Notes under the pieces: generated by a model
Database searches by the model: none
Told to the model about the DNA's origin: nothing
The model's input: only the letters and a program-made list of their open reading frames with translations
Assembly: GCA_947629675.1 (NCBI GenBank)
Contig: CANREM010000005.1
Location: 18,393-82,392, forward strand
DNA length: 64,000 nucleotides
Origin: an uncultured Clostridia bacterium
Lineage (GTDB): Bacteria; Bacillota; Clostridia; Christensenellales; Borkfalkiaceae
Direction: 5' to 3'
Part shown: in pieces, positions 47,782-56,387 of the stretch
Numbering within the stretch: position 1 is the stretch's first letter
How the letters are laid out: every line of letters starts with the position of its first letter
Made by a program: the position numbers and the translations under genes

Positions 47782-49740
47782 TTATTTTTTGAGCTTCCCG
47801 GCCGCGAGACGCTTGAAGAGCGCGTCAAAGAGCCTGTATAGGAGGTAAACGCCGACGACGACCGCGATGATGATGAGCAGGACGGCCCACCAAGGGAGGC
47901 CGGCTTTCGGCTGTTGATAAGTGGGGAAGGACGCATCCTGAAAGACGTCGATGGGGCTTTGCGCTACGGGGATCACTGTTTTTTGCATCCCTCTCGTGAA
48001 GGTGAGATCGATCACTCTGAAGTCGAGGTTGACGGTCTCTTGGAAAAAGTAGGCGTTATAATCGTCCCAATAGAGGAAGTGATTGCTTGCGCCCCACCGG
48101 CCGACATGTGCCTCGAGCGCGTCCTGTGCGATGTAGTCGCTTACTTGATAGCGGAAAAGATAGACGCTGCAGCCTTCGGGGTTCTCGAGGGTGACCTTCG
48201 TCGCATCGTCATAGAACTTTTTGAGACCTTCCACATCCCCTTGATCGACGTAGAGCGTCTCTGAGATGGCTTCTGTTTCGCCTTTCAGATCCGTCTCTTC
48301 CACTTTGTGGATCGCGTTCACCGCGGGGAACGCGCTTTCTGAGATCTTCTTCTTATCTTTTTTCGGGAACTTCAGGCCGATAAAATCTTTGTATGCTTCT
48401 TCGAGCGTGACGTTCGCAAGGTTCCATGATTTATCGATGCCCCATGTGACTTCGGTGTACTCATCGTCTACTTGTGAGAACAGCACGCTGCTATATTTGT
48501 CCTGAACGAGCTTGCCGCCGAGCCTTGCCGTTCTCGCGAGAAGTTCGGTTTGGATCTCCTCCGCGGTGACGGTGTAATTGTGAGCGGTCTCCTCGCCGGC
48601 TCCGGCATAAAAGAGGAGCTGCAGATCGTCGATCTCGACGCCATAGCTGTTTTTATGGACGCCACCCGCGTTCCAGACATCAGTGTCGATGCTTGAATGT
48701 GCGTTCTCGCCGAGATAGCTATAGCCGCATCCGACGCCTCCGCCGAATGCCATGCTCTCCATATTTGAGTTGAAATTTCCGAGTATGACATATTTGAGTT
48801 CATCAACATGTTCGGACATCTTGACGCCGAGATAGGGCTTGATCGCCTCATAGATCTCATAGTTTCCCGTCACGAGAGCCGGTGCGGTCACGGCGTTCAG
48901 CCAGCGGGCATGAACGGCACTCATATCGCCGTATATGCGCATATATTGGTTGGGCACAGCAAAGTAGACGCTGTGCAGGCTGTCCTTCATGAAGTCGTTT
49001 TTGCCGTTATAGCCTTTCGGCCTGAACTGCGTGGGCGTCACGTTTAAGGTGATGACTTCTTTCTCCTCGGTATAGCTTTGGAGAGTACTCTTTTCGGCGT
49101 CGTCGTAGCCGGCCGCATAACCGGAAAAGTAGAAGCTCTTTCCCACCGGAACGGTTGTCGCATTCAGATTCCCGCGCATGAGAAGGTTGAGATCGCCGAC
49201 ATAGTACTCTCGTTCCGCTTTTCTATAGACGGCCTCGATGACGTCATCGCGCTCCTTTTTTGTGAAGCGGATCTTATACTTGAGAAGAAGGCCCTCATAT
49301 CCCGCCTGCGTCGTTTCGCTCAAGAATTCGAGCTGGTAGATCTCGAAAGCTTTCTCCTTGTTGGATCCGGCGCGCATGCTGATCGTGTTGCGGATGTCAT
49401 CACGCTGGATGGCGAGGGCCTGCGGATTGTAGACGTAGATATAGAGGCCGTAGTCGTCTTGCTCGTTTGAATATCTGCTATGGCCGAATTCTACGAGCGT
49501 GAGAAGGGAGAGCTGTCCGTCTTGGTCGTAGGGATAGTCGTCGAGCGAAAATGGTACGCCGCCGATCGTAGCCCCCTTGAGGTCGTCCACGATTTCCGTC
49601 TCGTCATACATCGAAGCGACGGAGCCTGTAGCCGCATATGCCGTGTATTGAAGCCCTGTAAGGGCGGAAATCGCCAAAATCAGCGTAACAAATAGCAATG
49701 AAAGGCTTATTTTGATTATTTTCGAAATACGCTCGGTCAT
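47782..49740 (-). CDS. Type I membrane protein (signal peptide, ~590-aa ectodomain, C-terminal TM anchor); candidate receptor-binding/spike or pIII-like protein
   Basis: N-terminus ISLSLLFVTLILAISALTGLQYTAYA-A is signal-like. The C-terminus is LPWWAVLLIIIAVVVGVYLLY followed by a basic tail. Start at ATG 49740 with an AGAGG RBS. Confidence 0.65.
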   Translation of the reverse strand: MTERISKIIKISLSLLFVTLILAISALTGLQYTAYAATGSVASMYDETEIVDDLKGATIGGVPFSLDDYPYDQDGQLSLLTLVEFGHSRYSNEQDDYGLYIYVYNPQALAIQRDDIRNTISMRAGSNKEKAFEIYQLEFLSETTQAGYEGLLLKYKIRFTKKERDDVIEAVYRKAEREYYVGDLNLLMRGNLNATTVPVGKSFYFSGYAAGYDDAEKSTLQSYTEEKEVITLNVTPTQFRPKGYNGKNDFMKDSLHSVYFAVPNQYMRIYGDMSAVHARWLNAVTAPALVTGNYEIYEAIKPYLGVKMSEHVDELKYVILGNFNSNMESMAFGGGVGCGYSYLGENAHSSIDTDVWNAGGVHKNSYGVEIDDLQLLFYAGAGEETAHNYTVTAEEIQTELLARTARLGGKLVQDKYSSVLFSQVDDEYTEVTWGIDKSWNLANVTLEEAYKDFIGLKFPKKDKKKISESAFPAVNAIHKVEETDLKGETEAISETLYVDQGDVEGLKKFYDDATKVTLENPEGCSVYLFRYQVSDYIAQDALEAHVGRWGASNHFLYWDDYNAYFFQETVNLDFRVIDLTFTRGMQKTVIPVAQSPIDVFQDASFPTYQQPKAGLPWWAVLLIIIAVVVGVYLLYRLFDALFKRLAAGKLKK

Positions 49741-49764
49741 GTGTTTACCTCTGCAGGCCTTCAA

Positions 49765-50940
49765 TTAAAAGGCTTGTGAATCTGTGGAAATTGAGAAATC
49801 TGTTGCGGCGATCTCAAGTCCTGTAGTCAAAAAGTCGACATTGCTATTTGTTGCGGTTACGAGTTGAACGACATTCCCTTTGTAGACATAGTGAAGCTTC
49901 ATGACCATCTCTCCATCTTTAGACGTAGATTCAACCGCATTTATAAATAGGCGCAGGAATTTACCTTTGAACGTGTCATCATACTGCTCGGGATATAGTT
50001 TCCCGGTTGATTCCGGAGCATTATTTTTGTCCCAGAGAAAGTATTCTGTCGGCGTTCCTATTTGGAGCGCGATTTGGTTGCCAGTCAGTGGCAAATCGAG
50101 TCCTTCGTGCAGTTTTGAAATGTAATACCCGAGCTGAAACTGATCTTTCGAATATTGTCCTTCAAGCTGTGCCTGTAATGTCTTCTGCAAGTTGACGTCC
50201 ATCCTTATTGAATAGCCGTTGAGGTAATACTCTCCCCGGACTGTGCCGACGCCGTAGGTCGTCTGTATAGAAAAGTTTAATTGCTTCTTGAATGTGATCT
50301 CAATGTTTTCGCGCGCGTCACCTGTCGATTTGACGTGCCTGATATTTATCGTGGAAGGGCGTGCGATATAATCTAATTTGCACGTCTTTGCGAGCTTCGG
50401 GTTCGATTCCGGCGTTGCAGTCAGGACGATTTGCTCGCCGAATGCCTCGTTGCATGTGACGACGACCTGCTTTTCCGACTCTTGGAGGGAGATGTATGTT
50501 TCCACGTTCTTGCCTGTCGCCCACTCGGAAGAGGGATTCGCAAATGAAAGGCTCCATGAAATCCTTGGATTTGTTACGAATTCCGGGGTTATCGTCGCCG
50601 TGATCGTCACCGCCGATTCAATGGATGCGGTGTCGAGGCCATAGTCGCCGAAGTCCTCACGCGCGATGGGAGTGATCCGCAAAGCCATCTTTCTCACAGG
50701 CTCCGCCTCGTCCTCCGCTTCATCCTCCTCTTCAGGCGTAACGACCAAATTGCCCATGTCCTCCTCGGTCTGCTCGTTCTTTGAGAACCAATTCGAGGGC
50801 TTTGCTTTGTCCTTTGCAAAGAGCTGCAGCGATCCGAGGACAAGTGCGGCCGCCATGAGGACGATGACGATCCATACGATCGTCCACTTTATCGTGTCGG
50901 CGCGTTTATGTTTTTGGAATGAATCTTGTCTTTTTTTCAT
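49765..50940 (-). CDS. N-anchored membrane protein, paralog A
   Basis: 391 aa. It shares LQLFAK(D/G)KAKPSNW, SEWA(T/S)GK(N/E)V and AFGEQ blocks with the product of 53047-54219. Confidence 0.65.
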   Translation of the reverse strand: MKKRQDSFQKHKRADTIKWTIVWIVIVLMAAALVLGSLQLFAKDKAKPSNWFSKNEQTEEDMGNLVVTPEEEDEAEDEAEPVRKMALRITPIAREDFGDYGLDTASIESAVTITATITPEFVTNPRISWSLSFANPSSEWATGKNVETYISLQESEKQVVVTCNEAFGEQIVLTATPESNPKLAKTCKLDYIARPSTINIRHVKSTGDARENIEITFKKQLNFSIQTTYGVGTVRGEYYLNGYSIRMDVNLQKTLQAQLEGQYSKDQFQLGYYISKLHEGLDLPLTGNQIALQIGTPTEYFLWDKNNAPESTGKLYPEQYDDTFKGKFLRLFINAVESTSKDGEMVMKLHYVYKGNVVQLVTATNSNVDFLTTGLEIAATDFSISTDSQAF

Positions 50941-50988
50941 CTTTCACCTTACCTTATAAGATTTTTTTGGTTTCGATTTGATGCCGCG

Positions 50989-51153
50989 TCAGGGGCGACC
51001 TCCCCATTCTTCGAAGGGAGCGATGCCTGTCTCTTTTTCCAAGCTGTCGAGGCGTGAGAGGATCTTCGAGATCTTGCGCTGCGTGATGAAGCTATGCACG
51101 GCGAGGAGGAGGGCCGCGACGCCGGCTACGATGAACAGGATGAGTTCCGTCAT
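50989..51153 (-). CDS. 54-aa single-TM protein (not in the ORF track)
   Basis: MTELILFIVAGVAALLLAVHSFITQRKISKILSRLDSLEKETGIAPFEEWGGRP. ATGA overlap with the upstream small ORF. Confidence 0.55.
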   Translation of the reverse strand: MTELILFIVAGVAALLLAVHSFITQRKISKILSRLDSLEKETGIAPFEEWGGRP

Positions 51154-51326
51154 GTGTCTGCCTCCCAGCTCTCTGACTTGTGCTGCTCAAAGTACCGCAG
51201 GGCCGCTCGGACCGTGTAAGGTTCCCGGCGGCGTGCAATGCTCATCGCGATAGCGCATGCAGCCACTACGATCGCGGCTGCAAAGAGAATGAATGCTACG
51301 ATCGTTAGGATCAACGCTGTATTCAT
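51150..51326 (-). CDS. 58-aa single-TM protein (not in the ORF track)
   Basis: MNTALILTIVAFILFAAAIVVAACAIAMSIARRREPYTVRAALRYFEQHKSESWEADT. Its ATG overlaps the stop of the 568-aa gene (ATGA), and GGAGG lies upstream. Confidence 0.55.
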   Translation of the reverse strand: MNTALILTIVAFILFAAAIVVAACAIAMSIARRREPYTVRAALRYFEQHKSESWEADT

Positions 51327-53029
51327 TCATATACCTCCTTCCTTTTCGCCTGCTCGAGCGTGACATCGCGGAGCTTCAGAAGCTCTGCCGCTGCGATCGC
51401 GCTCGGCCCATCATCGCCCTGATCTCCCGCATACGGGGAGATGGATCTCACCTTGGTAATGTCGAGGTGCGACGTTTCACCACCCAACGTCATGAAGGTG
51501 TAGAGCTTGATCTTATAGACGCCGTCCTGGCCGGACTTCAACACGATGTTGTGGTCGTTGCCGTCATCGTCCTCGAAATAGTCCCAGCCGCTCCAGAGGT
51601 CGTTTCGGCCAAATGCGACCGTCCAATCGGTGTTGTATGTTATCTTGAACTGATCGCCCGCATAGAGCGTCAGCTCTATGGTGAAGAGGTTGTCCGCATC
51701 TTCAGTGTTATCTCTCTTCATGAGGAGCTTGTTATGCGTCCACGCGTTGCTCCTGAGCGTTCCGTTGCCTGCACCCAGCACATACCATGTCCGGTTGTCG
51801 AGTAGGCTGTTTTTCGTCCATTTTGCGGTGTATTTGACGCTGGCCGTAACGGCGATATGTTCGCCCGCCTGCTTATAGACGCTGCCGACCTTCCATCCGT
51901 GGAAGGTATAGCCCGTCCATGTGGGCGGAGTGGGAAGGTCTACGCCCTCGCCCTGCCGCACCGTTATGGGCGCGACCGTTTCCCGGCCCGTGTACTCACC
52001 GAGATCGAAGGTGACCGTGTACTTGATGATCTCCGTCCACTCAGCAGTGGCCGTCACCGTCTCGGTGGGGGTGAACCGCTCGTGAGGTTGCTTGAGATCC
52101 CCGGCGATACGCCAGCCGTCGAAGGTGTGATCTTCCCATTCGGGAGCCTCGGGGAGTTCGAAGTCTGAACCTTGCTGAACCGTGACGGCTGCGACGGTCT
52201 CTTCGCCGTCATAGTCGCCGAGGTCGAAGGTGACCGTGTATTTGACGATCTCTGTCCACTCGGCGGTGGCCGTCACCGTCTCGGTGGGGGTGAACCGCTC
52301 GTGAGGTTGCTTGAGATCCCCGGCGATACGCCAGCCGTCGAAGGTGTGATCTTCCCATTCGGGAGCCTCGGGGAGTTCGAAGTCTGAACCTTGCTGAACC
52401 GTGACGGCTGCGACGGTCTCTTCGCCGTCATAGTCGCCGAGGTCGAAGGTGACCGTGTATTTGACGATCTCTGTCCACTCGGCGGTAGCCGTCACCGTCT
52501 CGGTGGGGGTGAACCGCTCGTGAGGTTGCTTGAGATCTTCGCCGATGCGCCAGCCGTCGAAGGTGTGATCTTTCCATTCTGGGGCCTCCGGGAGTTCGAA
52601 GTCAGAACCTTGCTGAACCGTGACGGCTTCGACGGGTTCCCCGCCGTCATAATCACCGAGGTCGAAGGTGACGGTGAAGTTCACGACCGGAAGGACACCC
52701 TCCCATACGGCTAACGCCGTGACGTCTTTCGTCACGGTGTAGTTATCCCCGGCATCGGCCATGTCGCCGCCGATGCGCCAACATGTGAAGGTGTGATCTT
52801 TCCATTCTGGAGCCTCCGGGAGTTCGATCTCCTCGCCTTCTTTGACTTTGATAGGATCGATGCTTTCATCTCCGTCATACTCGGCGAGGTCGAAGTTCAC
52901 CGTGCATGTCTTGTTTGAGAGCTTTTTGAAGAGGCCCGTGCAGAGGCCTGCGATCAAAAGGGCGACTGCGATGAGGACGATCACCATGATCACCACGCCG
53001 ACCTTGCTCTTGGAATGCGATCTGCTCAT
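51323..53029 (-). CDS. N-anchored surface protein with ~6 Listeria-Bacteroides (InlB B-type) repeats and a C-terminal CBM-like domain
   Basis: Repeats of ..YTVTFDLGDYDG.E.V..V.VQQGSDFELPEAPEW.DHTFDGWRI.... Start at ATG 53029 with an AAGAGGA RBS. Confidence 0.7.
   Translation of the reverse strand: MSRSHSKSKVGVVIMVIVLIAVALLIAGLCTGLFKKLSNKTCTVNFDLAEYDGDESIDPIKVKEGEEIELPEAPEWKDHTFTCWRIGGDMADAGDNYTVTKDVTALAVWEGVLPVVNFTVTFDLGDYDGGEPVEAVTVQQGSDFELPEAPEWKDHTFDGWRIGEDLKQPHERFTPTETVTATAEWTEIVKYTVTFDLGDYDGEETVAAVTVQQGSDFELPEAPEWEDHTFDGWRIAGDLKQPHERFTPTETVTATAEWTEIVKYTVTFDLGDYDGEETVAAVTVQQGSDFELPEAPEWEDHTFDGWRIAGDLKQPHERFTPTETVTATAEWTEIIKYTVTFDLGEYTGRETVAPITVRQGEGVDLPTPPTWTGYTFHGWKVGSVYKQAGEHIAVTASVKYTAKWTKNSLLDNRTWYVLGAGNGTLRSNAWTHNKLLMKRDNTEDADNLFTIELTLYAGDQFKITYNTDWTVAFGRNDLWSGWDYFEDDDGNDHNIVLKSGQDGVYKIKLYTFMTLGGETSHLDITKVRSISPYAGDQGDDGPSAIAAAELLKLRDVTLEQAKRKEVYE
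51900..52860 (-). repeat. 219-bp (73-codon) tandem repeat array; the central copies are near-identical
   Basis: The unit starting cgggagcctcgggg recurs at 52141 and 52360. By eye, 52045-52545 is essentially two perfect copies, with diverged copies on both sides. Confidence 0.8.
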
Positions 53030-53046
53030 TTTTTCCTCTTTGAGAA

Positions 53047-54219
53047 TCAAATAAAATCTATATCACCGGTCCCGATATTTACGCTGCTTGCAAAAGTGCC
53101 GAAAGAACTGTCGTTGAGAAATATGCTTACTTCTTTTTCTTGTTTCTTTCCATTGACTGTTGTCTCGATCTTATATCTCCATGCACCTTGTATCGGGCAA
53201 ATCTGCCTGAAGTTTTGCTTAAAGGCTGCCCAATCTGTGGGGGGTACTGTGAGGATGAAAAGCTTCGTGAAGTCAAAGCCGTTAAGTGTGGCGATTTTAC
53301 CAGATCCTTCATCGGTATGAACATTGTCATAGATCACTGATCCAGTATAGACTGCTCCGCCGCCTTCAAATAGATTGTTACTCATTGCTTTGAAACTAAC
53401 TTTTACATCTGTTACCGTTGCCTCTTTGGTATACGTTTGCGTGAGCGGCGTGGTCACTGTGAACACATAGTTGCCTTTCTTGCTGCCGTCGGGCGTATAA
53501 TAATCCAATAACTCTTGGTATGTCTTTGTATACCCGGGGAAGTTTACGCGTGACTGTTTATCTCTTCCGTTTCCATTCAGCTCCCACGTGAGATTTGCGT
53601 CTGGATATGAGGAATTCGTGTAGACGATCTTTGCCGTCGGATAGGATTCTTCATCATACCGTTGCACATAGTTCACGGTGCGAGGGGCACTCTTCACGGA
53701 GGCATTTGTCTTGATCTGCGCCGTAAGCTGAAGCTGCTCGCCGAATGCTTGCAAGCAGGAGAGTGTCGCCGAGAGGGTATCCTCGCCCACTTGAATTGTT
53801 ACATATTCGGAAACTTCTTTGCCTGACGCCCATTCACTTTGAGGATCCTTCCAAACGAGCTGCCAATCGAGCTTGCCATCTTCCGCAGGTTTGCCGTCGT
53901 CGGTTCCGACTGTCGCCGTGACCTGCATCGCTGTCTCTGCTATGGACATGATGCCGTATTGAGCGTAAAGCTTTCGAGGAATGATGCTCGTGGTGAGTTG
54001 GATCTTGGCATTGTCTTTTTCGGGTGCTTCGATCTCGAGGCCGCCTTCTGCTTCGCCGGTGGGCGTCTGATCGCCCCAGTTCGAGGGTTTCGCCTTGCCC
54101 TTTGCAAAAAGCTGAAGCAAGCCGAGAGTGAGCGCAAAGACCATAAGGAAGAGAATGACGTAAATGGTGATCCGCATTATGCGATTCGCTTTTGCGTCTC
54201 TGTTCGAGCTGTTTTTCAT
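53047..54219 (-). CDS. N-anchored membrane protein, paralog B
   Basis: 390 aa, paralogous to the product of 49765-50940. AGGAG RBS. Confidence 0.65.
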   Translation of the reverse strand: MKNSSNRDAKANRIMRITIYVILFLMVFALTLGLLQLFAKGKAKPSNWGDQTPTGEAEGGLEIEAPEKDNAKIQLTTSIIPRKLYAQYGIMSIAETAMQVTATVGTDDGKPAEDGKLDWQLVWKDPQSEWASGKEVSEYVTIQVGEDTLSATLSCLQAFGEQLQLTAQIKTNASVKSAPRTVNYVQRYDEESYPTAKIVYTNSSYPDANLTWELNGNGRDKQSRVNFPGYTKTYQELLDYYTPDGSKKGNYVFTVTTPLTQTYTKEATVTDVKVSFKAMSNNLFEGGGAVYTGSVIYDNVHTDEGSGKIATLNGFDFTKLFILTVPPTDWAAFKQNFRQICPIQGAWRYKIETTVNGKKQEKEVSIFLNDSSFGTFASSVNIGTGDIDFI

Positions 54220-54369
54220 GTATAATCTCCTGCGTTTAATGACCGCCGTCTATTTTTTCTTTGAATTCTCCCGCTCCCTTTGGGGCCGCCTGCGCGGCCC
54301 CTCCGGGAAATAAGGAGGAATTTATGGATGCCGAGGTGGAACTTCTCGGCGCGGAGGCTATGATACATG

Positions 54370-54678
54370 CTATCTCTTCTCGAGGGGGATCACCTCATCG
54401 TTGAAAAGGATCTCCGTACTCGTGAGATGCACGTTGTCGTTCAGGATCAAGTAGATCGTCTCGATGACGTTCCCGATCTCCTGCACGGTGGATGAAGGGC
54501 AGCCGATCGCAGCTTTGATAATGTTGCGGTGGGAGATCTCAATATCGCCAAGGCGGTGATATAGTTTCTTCAAGGGGAGCAGCAGTTTTTGCAGCTCCTC
54601 TTTTTCGCTGTCTTCAAGGATGAGATCCTTCTTCCATTGTTTGACCCGTCTTTCCTTTATCACTCTCTGAGGATACAT
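54370..54678 (-). CDS. Hypothetical 102-aa protein (early gene of the long operon)
   Basis: ORF with a GGGAGA RBS. No recognised motif. Confidence 0.5.
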   Translation of the reverse strand: MYPQRVIKERRVKQWKKDLILEDSEKEELQKLLLPLKKLYHRLGDIEISHRNIIKAAIGCPSSTVQEIGNVIETIYLILNDNVHLTSTEILFNDEVIPLEKR

Positions 54679-54715
54679 GTTGAATTCTCCCTTTCCTTTA
54701 TCATTCTCTGAGGTG

Positions 54716-54895
54716 TCATCGACGAATTACCTCATCCGTCTTTGTGATATCGCCTTTTACAAGAAGTTCGAGTAGCGCAAGCAAAGCGTGTTTATTTTGA
54801 TAGCAACCTTTCTTTATTCTGACGTAAAGCTCTTCTCGCGTCTGCCTGAGTTCCCCGTCGGTAACACTCCATTTTGCTTTTATATTTTCCTGCAT
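54716..54895 (-). CDS. 59-aa protein, candidate Cro/antirepressor-position gene (not in the ORF track)
   Basis: MQENIKAKWSVTDGELRQTREELYVRIKKGCYQNKHALLALLELLVKGDITKTDEVIRR. GGAGGAGAGAA RBS. It is the first gene divergent from the XRE repressor. Confidence 0.5.
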   Translation of the reverse strand: MQENIKAKWSVTDGELRQTREELYVRIKKGCYQNKHALLALLELLVKGDITKTDEVIRR

Positions 54896-55070
54896 TTCTC
54901 TCCTCCTCTTTGAAGCGATATGTGGATCTCAGCGACAGTGAATTTTTGCTCTATTTGCAACTGCAAACAGTATATCATAAACTGTTTGCAACTGTCAATA
55001 GATTTTGTAAATTTATTTTTTGTGTGGGTAAAAATTATTGCTAAAATTTAATTAAGTAGAGGTGTTTACA
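54896..55070. promoter_or_regulatory. Divergent promoter/operator region (genetic switch)
   Basis: TTTGCAACTG occurs at 54954-54963 and 54985-54994. The inverted repeat GCAAACAGT/ACTGTTTGC lies at 54963-54971 and 54981-54989. AT-rich. Confidence 0.6.
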
Positions 55071-55481
55071 ATGGTTAACGAGAAATTGAACGCTTTGATT
55101 AAATTAGCGCAAGGAGATCGAAGTCAAAATCAATTCGCCTTGCACTGTGGCGTGAACTCTTCGACTATAACGCAAGTTCTTCATGGTAGACATAATCCCT
55201 CACCCGAGTTTTTGAAAAAAATCGCGGATAGGGCATATAATGGTGTCACTTTTGAGATGCTTCTTGAAGCATCATTTTCCGCTTTTTCAGACGAACCATT
55301 TTCCCTAAGGCCAAACGGAGTTGTAGAGTCACCCGATCTCTCCTTAGATGAGCGTGAACTCATAGATGCTTTTCGTTTGATGCGTCCCGCGCAACAAGCC
55401 CTTCTATTAAAGACCGCTCAAATGTGGAGTACAACTTCATTTGGATTCGAAGAGCAACCATATCGTAAAAATGATAGCTAA
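55071..55481 (+). CDS. XRE-family repressor (CI-like position)
   Basis: N-terminal HTH QNQFALHCGVNSSTITQVLHG. AGAGG RBS upstream of ATG 55071. Confidence 0.75.
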   Translation: MVNEKLNALIKLAQGDRSQNQFALHCGVNSSTITQVLHGRHNPSPEFLKKIADRAYNGVTFEMLLEASFSAFSDEPFSLRPNGVVESPDLSLDERELIDAFRLMRPAQQALLLKTAQMWSTTSFGFEEQPYRKNDS

Positions 55482-55495
55482 TTGGAGGGGAGCAG

Positions 55496-55930
55496 ATGGC
55501 AAAATTATCTTCTATCACCGATGACGTTTTGAACGTTATTGATTCGATTAAGAATTCTATTGCAAAAAATAATTCCGATGATTCATTACTCCCAATTCGA
55601 TTGGATGCGTATTTTTCATGGAAAAAATCTTGTTGCGACGAATGCCATTTTGTTGATGTTGATATTGAGAATGAGTATGGATATCCTCCTTTCCATGCCA
55701 AAGGCAATTTATTGATCCAGGATACCCTTTATTATTTTCGCAACGACACTGTTTTATCGCGTAAATTTAATCCTTTCAAAATGAGAATTAGATTTAATTA
55801 TTTTAATCCACCCAAAAATGCAGCCCCTGAACTTGTTGGAATTTGGTATCGATATTTAGACGAAATGGGGTACTTCAATTCTTTCAAGTATTTCTTAGAA
55901 AATATTTATCTGACAAAGTATGTGGATTAA
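55496..55930 (+). CDS. Hypothetical 144-aa protein co-transcribed with the repressor (lysogeny cargo)
   Basis: Strong GGAGGGGAGCAG RBS. Low G+C, Cys/His cluster CCDECH, no recognised family. Confidence 0.55.
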   Translation: MAKLSSITDDVLNVIDSIKNSIAKNNSDDSLLPIRLDAYFSWKKSCCDECHFVDVDIENEYGYPPFHAKGNLLIQDTLYYFRNDTVLSRKFNPFKMRIRFNYFNPPKNAAPELVGIWYRYLDEMGYFNSFKYFLENIYLTKYVD

Positions 55931-55979
55931 TGCTATAAAAAGGAAATCTCCCGCCGTGTGAGGCGGGAGAAAAAAGTTT

Positions 55980-56387
55980 TCAAATTCGGTCGAGAAGTTC
56001 TTCTGGTTTAATCGCGGGGACCTTGCTTCCGACGAAATCTTTGATATTCCGCGTAACAATGAATTCGGCGCGGATGCGTTTTGCGGTCACGCTTTGCAAG
56101 GCGTCCTCGTAGTCTTTGAGGGGAAGGAGCGTCGCTTTTTTGAGATCGTCTTCTTTGAGATCTGCAACGTCGAAGATAAGGGTGAGTTGAGATAAGATCT
56201 CCCGGACGCGATCCGCATCAAGCTCCTTTCGCATGATATAGACGATATTGGGAATTGATAAGGCGGAGATACTGCCAAGCAGCTTTTTTACTTCGCAGAG
56301 CTTGAAGATCTTCGTGGCAGACTCCACATATGGCTGTCTGTTCATAAGGACGTCGAGCAAAACGTTCGTATCAATCAATATTCGCAT
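55980..56387 (-). CDS. PIN-domain toxin (VapC-like)
   Basis: MRILIDTNVLLD... N-terminus with conserved acidic residues. It overlaps the antitoxin 3' end. Confidence 0.8.
   Translation of the reverse strand: MRILIDTNVLLDVLMNRQPYVESATKIFKLCEVKKLLGSISALSIPNIVYIMRKELDADRVREILSQLTLIFDVADLKEDDLKKATLLPLKDYEDALQSVTAKRIRAEFIVTRNIKDFVGSKVPAIKPEELLDRI

Noticed and set aside
51900-52860. Possible CRISPR array, considering the regular repeats here and at 33040-33620 and 21095-21440
   Set aside because: The repeats are in-frame coding tandem repeats (219 bp and 12 bp) or contiguous hairpins with no unique spacers of constant length. There are no cas genes in the window.
54324-54404. 26-aa plus-strand ORF with a strong AAGGAGG RBS between, and antisense to, operon genes
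   Set aside because: It is very short, overlaps the 3' end of the 102-aa minus-strand gene, and has no supporting features. It is probably a chance SD-ATG, and could be rechecked with Ribo-seq.
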